From: Phycisphaerae bacterium
GTDB lineage: Bacteria; Planctomycetota; Phycisphaerae; UBA1845; CAIVHJ01
Direction of reading: 5' to 3'
NCBI GenBank assembly: GCA_022072405.1
Contig: JAJVHX010000012.1
Location: forward strand, 23,807 to 87,806
Length of the DNA stretch: 64,000 nucleotides
Shown one piece after another: positions 44,154-53,442 of this stretch. The first letter of the stretch is position 1. Each line of letters opens with the position of its first letter. Under the pieces are notes generated by a model. It searched no databases. It saw nothing but the letters and a program-made list of their open reading frames with translations, and was not told the DNA's origin. The translations under genes and the position numbers were made by a program.

Positions 44154-45215
44154 GTGAATCGAAAAGGCCCAATCAAGACCTTGATTGTAGATGATTCGAG
44201 TTTTATACGGACCATGTTGACTCAGGTTCTTTCATCACAAAAGGACATCATTGTTGTGGCGGGAGCAGCCGATCCCTTCGAGGCCCGCGAGTGCATCATT
44301 AAATATCGCCCGGAAGTGATCATCCTCGACATCAATATGCCCAGGATGGATGGCCTGACTTTTCTGGACAAGATTGTGGCGCACTATCCCGTCCCGGTGA
44401 TCATGTGCAGCACGCTGACGCGCGAAGGCAGCAGTGCCGCATTGGAAGCCATGGAAAAAGGCGCCGTTGATTTCATCGCCAAACCGAGCAGCGGCGGACC
44501 GGAAGTACTCCGCCGCATGGGGGATGAATTGGCGGATAAAATCCGGGCCGCAGTAGTCGCCATCAAACAGGCTCCGCCGATTCTAGGAACCGCCGCCGCT
44601 ACGACCAGTTTTCGCAGTACCGGACTGGACCCCAATCAATACATCGTCGCCATCGGTGCGTCGACCGGAGGCACGGAAGCCATCCGCCACCTGCTGGCCA
44701 ATGTTCCGGAGGATTTCCCGCCGGTCTTTATGGTGCAGCACATGCCGGAAGGATTTACCGCCTCATTCGCCGGGAGGCTGGACCAGTTCAGTTCACTTAA
44801 AGTCACCGAAGCGACCGGAACGGAGCAGGTGGTTTCCAGCCAGGCGGTGCTGGCCCGGGGTAATATTCAGATGGCGGTACTGGGTAAACCCGGCTATTGG
44901 CGAACCAGTTACGGTTCCAAGGAGCTGTTCAACCGTCACTGTCCGAGTGTGGATGTCATGTTCAACTCCGTGGCGGAAGTGGGCGGTCGACAATCGATCG
45001 GGGTGCTGCTGACTGGTATGGGCAACGACGGGGCGGCAGGGTTGCTGAAAATGCGCCAAGCCGGCGCCCTGACCGTCACTCAGTCGGAATCCAGTTGCGT
45101 CGTTTATGGTATGCCCAAAGCTGCCGATGAACTGGGCGCTGCCGATCTGCACGCTGCTCCGCAGGATATCCCACGTTTAATTATCCAGCATATACGCTCT
45201 CCTCGGTACAGATAA
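44154..45215 (+). CDS. cheB: Chemotaxis response regulator protein-glutamate methylesterase
   Basis: GTG start after AGGAG. Receiver domain (KTLIVDDSSFIRTML...ILDINMPRMDG). Methylesterase motifs IVAIGASTGGTEA, QHMPEGFT, GMGNDGAAG. Confidence 0.9.
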   Translation: MNRKGPIKTLIVDDSSFIRTMLTQVLSSQKDIIVVAGAADPFEARECIIKYRPEVIILDINMPRMDGLTFLDKIVAHYPVPVIMCSTLTREGSSAALEAMEKGAVDFIAKPSSGGPEVLRRMGDELADKIRAAVVAIKQAPPILGTAAATTSFRSTGLDPNQYIVAIGASTGGTEAIRHLLANVPEDFPPVFMVQHMPEGFTASFAGRLDQFSSLKVTEATGTEQVVSSQAVLARGNIQMAVLGKPGYWRTSYGSKELFNRHCPSVDVMFNSVAEVGGRQSIGVLLTGMGNDGAAGLLKMRQAGALTVTQSESSCVVYGMPKAADELGAADLHAAPQDIPRLIIQHIRSPRYR

Positions 45216-45447
45216 TAGCTACCAGACGCTGCTGAAAACGGGTCGCAGGGTGTTCCATGGCGGTTATTCCCGGTCTACGCATATAAAATCAGGATTTCCG
45301 TTACTACCCTGACCTAACTGCAATAATTCGAGTTCCCGGGGCCATATATCATTAGCACCAGGTTAGCCCGAAGTGAATGGTTGCAAAATCCGGCTGGTCG
45401 GGATCAAATTTAACCTTTGCCGGGGTAGGAACCCCGGCTCCTGACTG

Positions 45448-46038
45448 ATGCGGATAACTTCCATGTCCCACCGGGCTGATCGGAAGCAACAATTTCTGCA
45501 ACTGCTACGCCCTCACCAGGCCAGCCTGGATCGTTATGCGCTCCGCCATGCCTGGGACCGGCAGGGAGCGGCGGATATTGTTCAGGAAGCGGTGCTGACG
45601 GCTTGGCGGGAGTTTGAGCGCTTTACCGTCGGCACCGATTTCAAGGCGTGGATGTTTCGCGTCTTGATCAATACGCTCTACACCTACAATAAGCGCACCC
45701 GCCGGGATCAGCAGCGGATAACCCGCTTGGCGGAGGAAGAAATTGGTCCACCATCGCCGACGTCTGCCCCCTGGGAGAGCGTGCTGACGCAAACCCAGCA
45801 GGTGTTTGAGCAACTCGATGATCGTCTGGTGGAAGCGCTGCTGACGCTGACCGAGGTGGAACGGCATTGCCTCCTGCTGCGATGGCTGGAGGATTATTCC
45901 TATCGGGAGATCGCCGATTTGTTGCAGATTCCTTCCGGCACGGTGATGTCGCATGTGCACCGGGCCCGGCTGAAATTGCGGGAGCGACTGGGCAGCCTGG
46001 CTGCGGAATTGAATTTACTGGCGGAACCGACGCGATGA
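45448..46038 (+). CDS. ECF-type RNA polymerase sigma factor
   Basis: Region 2 (DIVQEAVLTAWREFERF..FKAWMFRVLINT) and region 4 (LEDYSYREIADLLQIPSGTVMSHVHRARLKLRE). An alternative ATG lies at 45463. Confidence 0.85.
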   Translation: MRITSMSHRADRKQQFLQLLRPHQASLDRYALRHAWDRQGAADIVQEAVLTAWREFERFTVGTDFKAWMFRVLINTLYTYNKRTRRDQQRITRLAEEEIGPPSPTSAPWESVLTQTQQVFEQLDDRLVEALLTLTEVERHCLLLRWLEDYSYREIADLLQIPSGTVMSHVHRARLKLRERLGSLAAELNLLAEPTR

Positions 46039-46847
46039 ACTGTACTCAAGCACGACAACAACTGAATCTGCACCTGGACCGGGAGTTGCCCGCGGCGCAG
46101 GCTTGCGAGCTGGCTGAGCATCTTGACTGTTGCCTGCCCTGCCGCCAGTGGTTCGCCGCCGAGGAACAGGCGGAACAGTTGCTGCAGGCCCGTTGCTGTC
46201 GTGCGGAAGCGGTGTCGGACTGGACGACCATCGAACGCACCATCACCACACCGGTCATTCAACCGATTCGGATTTATCGTCGCTGGTGGGCCTGGGCGGC
46301 GGCTGCGGCGGTTGCGTTTATGGTTCTGGCATCGGGCCGCTGGTCGGAGCCGACCCTGGCCAGCGAACACCCCGCCCGGTGGGCGGTCAGCGAATTACGC
46401 AATCTCTGCAGTTGCGGCGACTCCTTTCAGGTCACGACCCAGCCGGCCGAAGATATTAACCATCTCGCCAATCAACTGCTGCATTGTTCGGTGAGCCTGT
46501 CAGACAATGAGGTGCAGTCCGACCACCGGTTGGCCATTTGTCAGACTCAAACGCGACGCTGCCCCAGTGGACGGGAACGTCTGGAAATTCGCGCCACCTG
46601 CTGCAATGCTCCGGTGCTGCTCACCCTGGCCCAGTGTACCAACCTCGGCGAATTGTCTCCGGTCGATCGTTCCATGCAGCGGAAGAAATGTCAGCGATTT
46701 GATTATGTCGTTGAGGAAGAAGGATTGACTTACTACGTATCGGCCCGGCGGGTGCAGGAATGGATGATCGTGGCCGTCTCCACTCACCCGGTCCACGACC
46801 TGCCGGATGCCATCCAGCTCACCAGTCTGGTTCCCGCAACCCCCTGA
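46035..46847 (+). CDS. Anti-sigma factor (zf-HC2 type) with one TM segment
   Basis: The ATG overlaps the sigma-factor stop (ATGA). MNCTQARQQLNLHLDRELPAAQACELAEHLDCCLPCRQWF is the H-x3-C-x2-C signature. TM segment WWAWAAAAAVAFMVLA. The track ORF from 45867 is an out-of-frame overlap artefact. Confidence 0.7.
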   Translation: MNCTQARQQLNLHLDRELPAAQACELAEHLDCCLPCRQWFAAEEQAEQLLQARCCRAEAVSDWTTIERTITTPVIQPIRIYRRWWAWAAAAAVAFMVLASGRWSEPTLASEHPARWAVSELRNLCSCGDSFQVTTQPAEDINHLANQLLHCSVSLSDNEVQSDHRLAICQTQTRRCPSGRERLEIRATCCNAPVLLTLAQCTNLGELSPVDRSMQRKKCQRFDYVVEEEGLTYYVSARRVQEWMIVAVSTHPVHDLPDAIQLTSLVPATP

Positions 46848-46933
46848 AGCAGATTTCGGTTTCATGGAGCCGCAGACATTAGCCCCGCGCAGCGCGCATT
46901 CGTGATTCCAGTACAGTTTGAGTTTTGGTGTTC

Positions 46934-47000
46934 CGGGTCGTCGCATGCCACTGCTGTATCAGTATTGGCGAAAACCAGCGCGGCTGTATCACCGTGTGAC
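46934..47000. repeat. Left-module fragment of the composite repeat (copy 3)
   Basis: cgggtcgtcgcatgccactgctgtatcagtattggcgaaaaccagcgcggct... aligns with the first ~65 nt of 4719.. and 42611... Confidence 0.55.
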
Positions 47001-47013
47001 TGGCCGCTCACCC

Positions 47014-47463
47014 TCACTGATCCGGTTGGGATGAGGTTGGTGATACCGGTGGCAGCCAAAGGCGGCGCTGCAGTTCCAGCCAGTTGTGCCATTTGTCCTG
47101 CTGCTGCGGGTTGAGCAGTTCATCCACTTCCAGACGCAGTTCATCAAAGCGTTCCACGATGCGTGGCCGGAAGCGCTCACGAATCTGGCGGACGCGCTCC
47201 TGATGCCGGCTGAGAATGGCTTCCAGTTGCCGAGTCTGATCTTCCGTCAGCTCCAGATGGCGGCGCAACCGGGCTGCCGCCAATCGGGGTATTTCCTCCG
47301 GATGCTGCAAAACCGTCTGGACCCGCTTGGCCACAACGACCAAGGTCACCGCCGAACCCAGCAGCCCGCCGCAGAGCAATAGTCCGAGCATGATCAATAC
47401 CATTAACCACCGTCGGCGTCGGGGGGCGGGATGCGGTGGCTGTGGGGCATCGACTGGTTTCAT
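47014..47463 (-). CDS. Membrane-anchored periplasmic LTxxQ-motif (Spy/CpxP/heavy-metal-sensor-like) protein
   Basis: ATG 47463 (MKPVDAP...RRRRWLMVLIMLGLLLCGGLLG) overlaps the upstream stop (ATGA). Motifs LELTEDQTRQLEAIL and LLNPQQQDKW. Confidence 0.6.
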   Translation of the reverse strand: MKPVDAPQPPHPAPRRRRWLMVLIMLGLLLCGGLLGSAVTLVVVAKRVQTVLQHPEEIPRLAAARLRRHLELTEDQTRQLEAILSRHQERVRQIRERFRPRIVERFDELRLEVDELLNPQQQDKWHNWLELQRRLWLPPVSPTSSQPDQ

Positions 47464-47711
47464 GGCAGCACCGAGCTGGTTGAAGCCATCAGCTGGTTCA
47501 GCGGATCGCTCCACTCCATCCATAATTCCACCGCCCAGAAAAAGGTAATCACCGCCGCCACCGCCGAACCCGCCATTCCATAAGCCAGGAATCGCTGCTC
47601 GGATCGTTGGCGGGCTGAGATGGCGGACCAGACTTCAGCTCGTACCTCGACCGGCGGTACTGCTTCCGACCGCAGGCATGTTGCCAGTTGTTGTAGTGGG
47701 TCAGTCGTCAT
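47460..47711 (-). CDS. Small single-TM protein, probable anti-sigma factor partner
   Basis: 83 aa, positioned between the ECF sigma gene and the LTxxQ gene with overlaps at both ends. TM segment AYGMAGSAVAAVITFFWAV. The call rests on position only. Confidence 0.45.
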   Translation of the reverse strand: MTTDPLQQLATCLRSEAVPPVEVRAEVWSAISARQRSEQRFLAYGMAGSAVAAVITFFWAVELWMEWSDPLNQLMASTSSVLP

Positions 47712-48267
47712 GTTGCGACTCCTGCAGAGTGATCTTCAATTTCTGACGGGCGCGATGGGCCAGCACCTTGACGGCGCTCGGCGACCAGCCGGTCAGTCCG
47801 GCAATTTCAATCACGGACAATTCTTCCAGATATTGCAACGTCAGCACCAGCCGTTCCCGCGTCGCCAAAGGCTCCAGCAGACGATTCCACTGCTCCGCTG
47901 CCTCCAGGGTATCCTGTTTCATCAGCGGCTGTTCAGCCACCTGCTCCAGTTCCATTGCTGATCCGCCTTCCCGGCGGCGCTGCCGATCCCGCTGTTGCCA
48001 ATAGCGATAGCCGATACGCGTGGCGATGCGTCTCAGCCAATGACCCAGTGTCGACTCGCCTCGAAAATTCCGCAAGGCGAAATATGCTTCCACCAGTACC
48101 TCCTGCACCAGTTCTTCGCACACCCGGCTCTGGCGGGAAAATCGCCACAAATAACGGGCCAACTCCTGCTGATAGCGCCCCATCAGACGATGAAACGCTT
48201 CCGGATCACCTCGGCGACAGGCCTGCAGGTCGGCCTGTTCTTCACTGTTCACCGGGTGATCATTCAT
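47701..48267 (-). CDS. ECF-type RNA polymerase sigma factor
   Basis: The track start 48279 is a GTG; ATG 48267 gives MNDHPVNSEEQADLQACRRGDPEAFHRLMGRYQQEL. Region 2 is VQEVLVEAYFAL. Region 4 is LEELSVIEIAGLTGWSPSAVKVLAHRARQKLK. Confidence 0.85.
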   Translation of the reverse strand: MNDHPVNSEEQADLQACRRGDPEAFHRLMGRYQQELARYLWRFSRQSRVCEELVQEVLVEAYFALRNFRGESTLGHWLRRIATRIGYRYWQQRDRQRRREGGSAMELEQVAEQPLMKQDTLEAAEQWNRLLEPLATRERLVLTLQYLEELSVIEIAGLTGWSPSAVKVLAHRARQKLKITLQESQHDD

Positions 48268-48372
48268 CGCCGCTCCCACTCCGCCGCGTTATCCGTCCGA
48301 AACGGCGGCAGCTCGACGAATCTGCCGCGAGCTGCCAACCGGACCATAACGATAGGATCAATACGCCTGGTG

Positions 48373-48864
48373 TCAATCGGTCAGTTCGCCGCTCAGGAAC
48401 TGATCCACGCGCGATTCACGCTCCGTGCGGAACTGCTCCAGCGTGTCCATCTGCTGCGGCGTCAGCACCGCTTTGATCTCCGCGATCATCGGCAGGGAAG
48501 CCACCGCCAAATCGCCCATGGTTTTCCCGATCTGTTCCGCCGCCTGGCGAATGCTCGCTTCATCGGGTTTGTCGGCCCGGGCCAACTCGCGCAAAGCCCG
48601 CTGCTCTTCAATTCGCTTCTCTATCATCGGTCTGAGTGTCGTGGAATATTTTTCCCGAATTTGCTGCAGGGAGGTCTTCTGCTCAGCCGTAATCCCCAGT
48701 TGTTCTTTCAGTTGTTTTAAACGATCCAGCCGCTGACCGAAACGCTGAAAGAATTGTCCGGGGGTGCGTTCTGTTGGGTTGGCTTTTGGCATTGGCTGAG
48801 CCATCAGCCAGGTGCCCATGCCCAACATCCCCACCACCACCACCATCACACTTCGCTTACTCAT
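48373..48864 (-). CDS. Periplasmic Spy/CpxP-family (LTxxQ) protein
   Basis: Signal peptide MSKRSVMVVVVGMLGMGTWLMAQ. Motifs LGITAEQKTSLQQI and VLTPQQMDTLEQF. Confidence 0.7.
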   Translation of the reverse strand: MSKRSVMVVVVGMLGMGTWLMAQPMPKANPTERTPGQFFQRFGQRLDRLKQLKEQLGITAEQKTSLQQIREKYSTTLRPMIEKRIEEQRALRELARADKPDEASIRQAAEQIGKTMGDLAVASLPMIAEIKAVLTPQQMDTLEQFRTERESRVDQFLSGELTD

Positions 48865-48914
48865 GTTCTATGCTCCTTATATTTACGTAGCTATATCGGT
48901 CAAATTAGCCTTAC

Positions 48915-49910
48915 TTACTTGTGACGGAACAACACTTCACCTTCGGTTGCTTCTTCGAGGGCATCGGTGACGAGATATTCCCGAGCGACCGCATTGTCCT
49001 TCAGATAGGTGTCCCAGAAAGCCAGCGAGGCACTGCGAACATAGGTGACATGATCTTCATTGGGCGGCCAGTTGGGATTGGGCAAGCCGACGATCCCGCC
49101 GAAACCATGATCCGCCCCCTTGATCACCGCCAGATATTTGTCACCCTCGGGGCTGAACAGGTAGGGATGCAATCGCCATCTCCACGACTGGCCCTCCTGG
49201 CCATAGTCCTGCGTGCCGGTCACCACCATCATCGGCGTGTGATACTCATCCCACGACGTTCGCCCCATCAAACCGGATAGACCCTGCGGGGAGATCAGCA
49301 ACGTGGCTTGAAATCGTGCATCGACGAAATAATAATCATCTCCGCGCGGATCGACCCCGCCCAGCAGTTGGGAAGTGTGGGCCCCGAAGGAATGACCTCC
49401 GACCGCGATGTGCGACTCATCGATTTGGCCCACTACTTCCGGCACCTGCAGATAAATTTCCGCCAGCGAATCCAGAATGAATGAGCAATCCTCGGGCCGC
49501 GTGTACCATTCTTCTTCGTCGGCCCGTTCCTCCACCGGAATGGCGATCGAATCCGAGTGGTTCGGTTGAATCACCACATAGCCATTGCTCACCCAGTATT
49601 TCACCAGAGGTTGATACATGCTCTTCGAGCCGCCCTTGCCGTGCGAAAAAATAATCAGCGGATAACTACCCGCCTCGACCGGGTAGCTGACCCGCAGCGC
49701 CAGTTCCTTGTCCCGTTCCGCATCGTACAACACCACCTGGTTATCAACCGCTACCGTGAGTGTTCCCAGTTCGGGATGATAAAGTTCGCTATCGCCGGTT
49801 ATTTGCCGTTGGGTGGATTCTAAAGAGAAATCCAGCTCCTGGGCTAATCCCTGAATGGGTAACGCCTGGACGACGGCTGACAAAGTAAGCCAGTGAATTC
49901 GCCGTGCCAT
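48915..49910 (-). CDS. Secreted alpha/beta hydrolase (PAF-acetylhydrolase/dienelactone-hydrolase-like)
   Basis: Signal-like N-terminus. PLIIFSHGKGGS, nucleophile elbow GGHSFGAHTS, and a C-terminal GADHGF. Confidence 0.75.
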   Translation of the reverse strand: MARRIHWLTLSAVVQALPIQGLAQELDFSLESTQRQITGDSELYHPELGTLTVAVDNQVVLYDAERDKELALRVSYPVEAGSYPLIIFSHGKGGSKSMYQPLVKYWVSNGYVVIQPNHSDSIAIPVEERADEEEWYTRPEDCSFILDSLAEIYLQVPEVVGQIDESHIAVGGHSFGAHTSQLLGGVDPRGDDYYFVDARFQATLLISPQGLSGLMGRTSWDEYHTPMMVVTGTQDYGQEGQSWRWRLHPYLFSPEGDKYLAVIKGADHGFGGIVGLPNPNWPPNEDHVTYVRSASLAFWDTYLKDNAVAREYLVTDALEEATEGEVLFRHK

Positions 49911-50091
49911 ATTACACTTCCTTTTCGATGGTCTTGTCTGACGAGTTTATTCCTGCTCACCAGCTGGAACAGGCCTCGCTCATCAAATGGGTGATGGGAA
50001 GTAGAGGTTTGGTTACAGAAATCGGGATCGGAAGATGGATTTGTCGGAAAATAAGCGTGAATGAGTTATCGGGGCCGGAGGTGAACTGCGC

Positions 50092-50129
50092 AACAAAAGA
50101 CCCGTGATGATGGTTGATCACCACGGGTC
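50092..50129 (-). terminator. Rho-independent terminator candidate for 50190..50453
   Basis: gacccgtg (50099-50106) pairs with cacgggtc (50122-50129). On the minus strand the hairpin is followed by TTTTGTTG. Confidence 0.5.
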
Positions 50130-50189
50130 CGCTTCTTCCCTCCGCCCCCCCCGGATTACGGGGATGCTCAATTCCACTCCAACTCCGGT

Positions 50190-50453
50190 CTAGGAAGCGT
50201 CCGATTCTTCCAGCATTTTGCGGAGATAGCTGTTTTCGCGCCGTGTGGCTTCGAGATCAAACAGGATGTACTTGATGCTCAACCGCAAAAAATCGATGCT
50301 TTCCTGCAGGCTGTTGACCGTCTCTTTCAATTCTTTGTGACGGCGTTTGGTTTCTTCGGCGAGCATTTCGAGTTTCTCGCGTTCGGACGGCGGCAGGGTG
50401 CCGATCTCGGCCACCAGCTCCGCCAGTTTGCGCTGGAACTGTTCTTCGTTCAT
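50190..50453 (-). CDS. Small coiled-coil hypothetical protein (87 aa)
   Basis: ATG 50453 is preceded by GGAGGAGG. MNEEQFQRKLAELVAEIGTLPPSEREKLEMLAEETKRRHKELKETVNSLQ... The track start 50573 adds an Arg-rich, unlikely extension. Confidence 0.5.
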   Translation of the reverse strand: MNEEQFQRKLAELVAEIGTLPPSEREKLEMLAEETKRRHKELKETVNSLQESIDFLRLSIKYILFDLEATRRENSYLRKMLEESDAS

Positions 50454-51050
50454 GCTTCCTGCCTCCTCCGGGATGGGGGAATGGGCCTGCGGGCGGCCGA
50501 TTCTCCTCAATTTTCGTTGATCTTCGGCAACAGGAATTTGCTGCCGGCTTCTCCTCGATCGCCACTGAGTCACGGCGAGTGGTGTGACTCCGTGTTTGCT
50601 CGATGTCCAATTGTATCCCAGGATTGATCGTCGGCTATGGTTACTTTAATGTTTTTCAGCGTTTTTGTGCAAATTCAAGGTTATCGCCCCTGAATGGTCG
50701 TTTTATTACCAGACCATTAGACAGGTCCGAAATCGTTCCGGCAGGCCTTTTTGCAAACTAACCATCTGGGTCTGAGTCACTAACATCGGCAGGTATAACT
50801 GCTGCAAATTGCGCCGCTTGGCGGAGCAGTGTCAAATCCGGCAGGTCCAATAACCTGATTCACTCAGGTCCGATATCCGTGATCACAACCACCGGTCTCG
50901 CCCGATCATGCAGTTGTTGCCGTCGCAGCTCAAAAAGCGGCGATATAATTATGCAGAGCGAGGCGCGGTACGACTCGCCCAACCACCGCTGCCGCGGTTT
51001 ATCAGGACCACGCGGTAGCGGGATCTCTATCACGGGATCAGGAGCCGGAT

Positions 51051-51932
51051 ATGTTAACGCTCACCTTTCTCGGGGTGGGTTCTGCGTTTGCCAAACGCAA
51101 CCATCAATCCAACCTGCTAATTGAAGCCTGGGAACAAGGCCCCGATCATCAGGCCCAGCCGGATGATCTGCTGCTGGTCGATTTGGGCGGACTGGGTCCG
51201 CAGGCCCTTTATCAGTTGAAGGATCGCCCGGGCTTTCATTACCTGCGTCATGGTTCGCAGATCAACTACCCGATGTTGCGGCGGATCTTCATCACCCACC
51301 AGCATGCCGACCATATCGGCGGGCTGGAGGAACTGGCCTTGTGCAACATGTATCTCTTCACTGATCCGCAGACCGGCAAGGGATTCAAGCCGCAGATCAT
51401 CAGCGCTCTGCCGGTGCTGGTGAATTTATGGGACGATTCGCTGAAGGGGGGCATGGGCGCAGTGCCGGGTCGGCCGGCGCTGTTGCAGGATTATTTTTTC
51501 ATCATGGCCCTCAAATCGCATCGCCAGCGTTATGACCATTTCAACCTGCTCAAACATTATCGCTTCGAGATTTTTCCCACCGATCACATTCTGATCGAAC
51601 GCAAATATGACTGGCCCTCTTACGGGCTGTACATCACCGACACGCGTAGCAACCAGAGTGTCTTTTTTTCCGGCGATACCAAGTTCGATTATCCCGCTTA
51701 TGCGACCATGATGCAGGCGGCGAAAATCTGCTTTCACGACGTGCAGCTATTTGATCAGCCCGAACCGGTCCATCCGCTGATCAGCGAACTGCGCACCATG
51801 CCCGCCGAAGTGAAGAAAAAGACCTTGCTTTACCACTATGGCGATGACTGGGACAGCGGGCCCTTCGATTATGTTCCCCACGAATTCGCCGGCTTCGCCC
51901 AGCCGCAACAGCGCTATGTGCTTTTCAGTTGA
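51051..51932 (+). CDS. MBL-fold metallo-hydrolase
   Basis: LTFLGVGSAF and the HxHxDH motif (ITHQHADHIGGL). 293 aa. Confidence 0.8.
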   Translation: MLTLTFLGVGSAFAKRNHQSNLLIEAWEQGPDHQAQPDDLLLVDLGGLGPQALYQLKDRPGFHYLRHGSQINYPMLRRIFITHQHADHIGGLEELALCNMYLFTDPQTGKGFKPQIISALPVLVNLWDDSLKGGMGAVPGRPALLQDYFFIMALKSHRQRYDHFNLLKHYRFEIFPTDHILIERKYDWPSYGLYITDTRSNQSVFFSGDTKFDYPAYATMMQAAKICFHDVQLFDQPEPVHPLISELRTMPAEVKKKTLLYHYGDDWDSGPFDYVPHEFAGFAQPQQRYVLFS

Positions 51933-52033
51933 TGTTAGCGAAGCGGCTTCTTGGCCAGGGCTTGGCCGGCGTGTATAATAACTGTGTTCTTTCGGCTGAT
52001 TGCGGATGGTTGAACACCGCCTGACCGGTCTCC

Positions 52034-52107
52034 GGCGACGTGCCCGAGTGGACTAAGGGAACGGTTTGCAAAACCGTGATTCGTCGGTTCGAATCCGACC
52101 GTCGCCT
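52034..52107 (+). tRNA. tRNA-Cys (anticodon GCA)
   Basis: Manual cloverleaf. The acceptor GGCGACG pairs with CGTCGCC. D arm CCCG-AGTGGACTA-AGGG. Anticodon stem ACGGT/ACCGT with loop TTGCAAA. T arm GTCGG-TTCGAAT-CCGAC. No CCA is encoded. Confidence 0.9.
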
Positions 52108-52523
52108 TTTACTCACACCTTCCAGTATCTCATCACCACACAACTCCTGTAATGGGTCGGTTTTCAGCGAGCCGCAACCGTGGGGGGCAGGTCACACCAG
52201 TACCCGGCATTGATATCCGATAATCGAAATGATTAGAAGTGGTTTCAAAATTCAAAGAGCTACGGGTTTTAGCCCGCGCCAAGCCTCATTTGGTGATTTT
52301 GAAAACAGCTCTAGTAAATTTAAGAATCCCGGCCTGTTTATCCGAGACGCCTTGATCCGGCAATTGATTGTTCACGATGAGGGTCGTCAGGAGGTGTAAA
52401 AACGAGCCGACCGCCGGTAACACACCGACGGCCGACCCGCTCGCACATCTCTCCACCCAGGCCTGAGGATCCACTCCTCAGCCTCATCTGACGCGGCTTG
52501 ATGGCCGCTGTTTCAGCACTCGG

Positions 52524-52811
52524 CTATTTGGACTTGGCGGACGACAGGCCGTAATAGCCATAGCCCCAGTCCTCTTCGCCGTAATATTCTTCTTCCCAGC
52601 CGGATTCCTCTTCCCAGCCCTCTTCGGACTCGCTCAGGCTTTCTTCATCCACAATCAGCTCGCCGTCTTCACACAACTCGGCTTCGTTGCACAACTGCGT
52701 CAGGACACTATCAACCAGACCGCCGGTACAACCGCCCATTCCGGCACTCACCGCCATCAAAGAACCACCCGCCAGTAACGCCACCATTGATTTCTGGATT
52801 CGCTTCAACAT
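52524..52811 (-). CDS. Small acidic lipoprotein
   Basis: Signal and lipobox SLMAVSAGMGGC. A Glu/Trp/Tyr-rich tail (SESEEGWEEESGWEEEYYGEEDWGYGYYG). Confidence 0.5.
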   Translation of the reverse strand: MLKRIQKSMVALLAGGSLMAVSAGMGGCTGGLVDSVLTQLCNEAELCEDGELIVDEESLSESEEGWEEESGWEEEYYGEEDWGYGYYGLSSAKSK

Positions 52812-53231
52812 CGCTTAATCTCCTGTCTGGTTTAATAACTCTTCGTGTCGTTTGATAACTGCCGGCCTCTTCGTCACCGGCGTGTTCTTCGTCAGAACAC
52901 TATGACAATCACTGTGCCAATGTGGGCAAAAACAATCAAAAACTCGTTTTAAGTGAGATAAATGCAATTATTAAACCATATTAATTGTATAATGGGTAAA
53001 ATTTACCATTTTTACTTAAGCATAAATGGTAATTAATACCCCATTAATTGCCCATCTATTGATTAATAGTTGTTACTGCCAATCGGAATTGCCGGCGTGG
53101 ATCAGCCTGGTTACTTTGTTCCAGGCGTAACGGGATTCGAGATTCTGATGGGTACTAGAAAGATAAGCTACGTGACATGTTGGCTGGGGACCCCGTCGTT
53201 GAGGTGGCATGCGGTCTGATCGGGTGTCGGG

Positions 53232-53288
53232 TAAAAATGGAAGATGGATGCTCGCCAGGGCAGGTACAATAGCGAGGCATCCATCTTC
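53232..53288 (-). terminator. Long hairpin plus T-run; terminator candidate for 53443..53691
   Basis: gaagatggatgctcgc (53240-53255) pairs with gcgaggcatccatcttc (53272-53288), with one bulge. On the minus strand it is followed by CATTTTTAC. Confidence 0.45.
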
Positions 53289-53442
53289 GCGCTGCAGCGC
53301 CTGTCAAGATGATCCAGGCGCCAATACGAAATTTATGGGCAGATCGCCAGGGCTTGGCGTCGCTGGCGACCTGCCGCTTCAAGGGGCTCTCTCTGTCCCA
53401 GGCGGTTGTGGGGCGCGTGCCTGGAGGCCCCGTTAACCCGGA

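Noticed and set aside
51925-52143. 72-aa ORF overlapping tRNA-Cys, and the 68-aa ORF 57543..57749 overlapping tRNA-Trp
   Set aside because: Both are explained by the tRNA genes, which fold into full cloverleaves.
4719-52190. Whether the dispersed CACCGAGCCG... repeats could be a CRISPR array or transposon ends
   Set aside because: The copies are kilobases apart, occur in both orientations, and have no regular spacing. The window contains no cas gene and no transposase or integrase. They are reported as a REP/MITE-like family instead.
53155-53436. Overlapping 75-aa ORFs on both strands (53155..53382 - and 53209..53436 +)
   Set aside because: Neither has convincing coding features. The region is better explained as the 3' UTR and terminator hairpin (53240-53288) of the lipoprotein gene at 53443..53691.
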